A model generated the notes under the pieces. It saw only the letters and a list, made by a program, of their open reading frames with translations, was not told where the DNA came from and did no database searches. The translations under genes were made by a program, and so were the position numbers. From assembly GCA_964016885.1 (NCBI GenBank), contig OZ024746.1, positions 16,554,001 through 16,618,000 on the forward strand: a stretch of DNA of 64,000 nt, in the 5' to 3' direction. This document shows, in pieces, positions 63,707 to 64,000 of the stretch. The stretch is from Eledone cirrhosa. Taxonomy: Eukaryota. Every line of letters begins with the position of its first letter. Within the stretch, counting starts at the first letter, position 1.

Positions 63707-63745
63707 ATCTGCTGACGAAGGACTAATGTCTGAAGTGTTAAGACT
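63707..63745 (+). ncRNA. Degenerate minimal hammerhead remnant
   Basis: CUGACGA-A-GGAC UAAU GUCU-GAAG-UGUU-AAGAC. Homolog of 58039-58078 and 25908-25948. Confidence 0.45.
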
Positions 63746-63823
63746 ATTACTGCTATATCAAATGTTAAACTAATATATATCTTCATTGTACTGTATTGTT
63801 TGCTTTGTTGTTTTCCGTTTACT

Positions 63824-63882
<59 letters not shown>

Positions 63883-64000
63883 AGTGTGTGTGTGTGTGTG
63901 TAAAACTGTTAATGATGGTGTTAAATACGGTAACAGATTAAGTTTACCACCTTTATATAAGTATGTGTAAATATATATGTGTAAAAAATGTGACTAAATT

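Noticed and set aside
61219-64000. Further upstream hexosaminidase exons
   Set aside because: No frame with the expected HLTDDEGWR-type motif was found by eye. They presumably lie beyond the window.

Overview
AT-rich, repeat-dense animal genomic DNA. The SINE, LINE and microsatellite content suggests an octopod cephalopod (inference). Two convergent intron-rich genes were assembled by hand from splice sites: a complete 5-exon COMMD8 on + (3245-33967, 191 aa) and the last 7 exons of a chitobiase-type GH20 beta-N-acetylhexosaminidase on - (61218-51168, 5' part not found in the window), ending in a GPI-signal-like tail. The rest is tRNA-derived SINEs, RTE and CR1/L2 LINE fragments, a deleted DD37D (maT) transposon, MITEs and several long minisatellites. 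The main signal not shown by the ORF track is a set of about 14 type I hammerhead ribozyme motifs of roughly 7 sequence types. They sit mostly in inverted-repeat (fold-back) elements next to (AT)n tracts, the layout expected of Penelope-like retroelement pLTR remnants. One type has a non-canonical CUGAGA core, and no intact copy is sense to a host pre-mRNA. All folds and alignments were done by eye and repeat boundaries are approximate.
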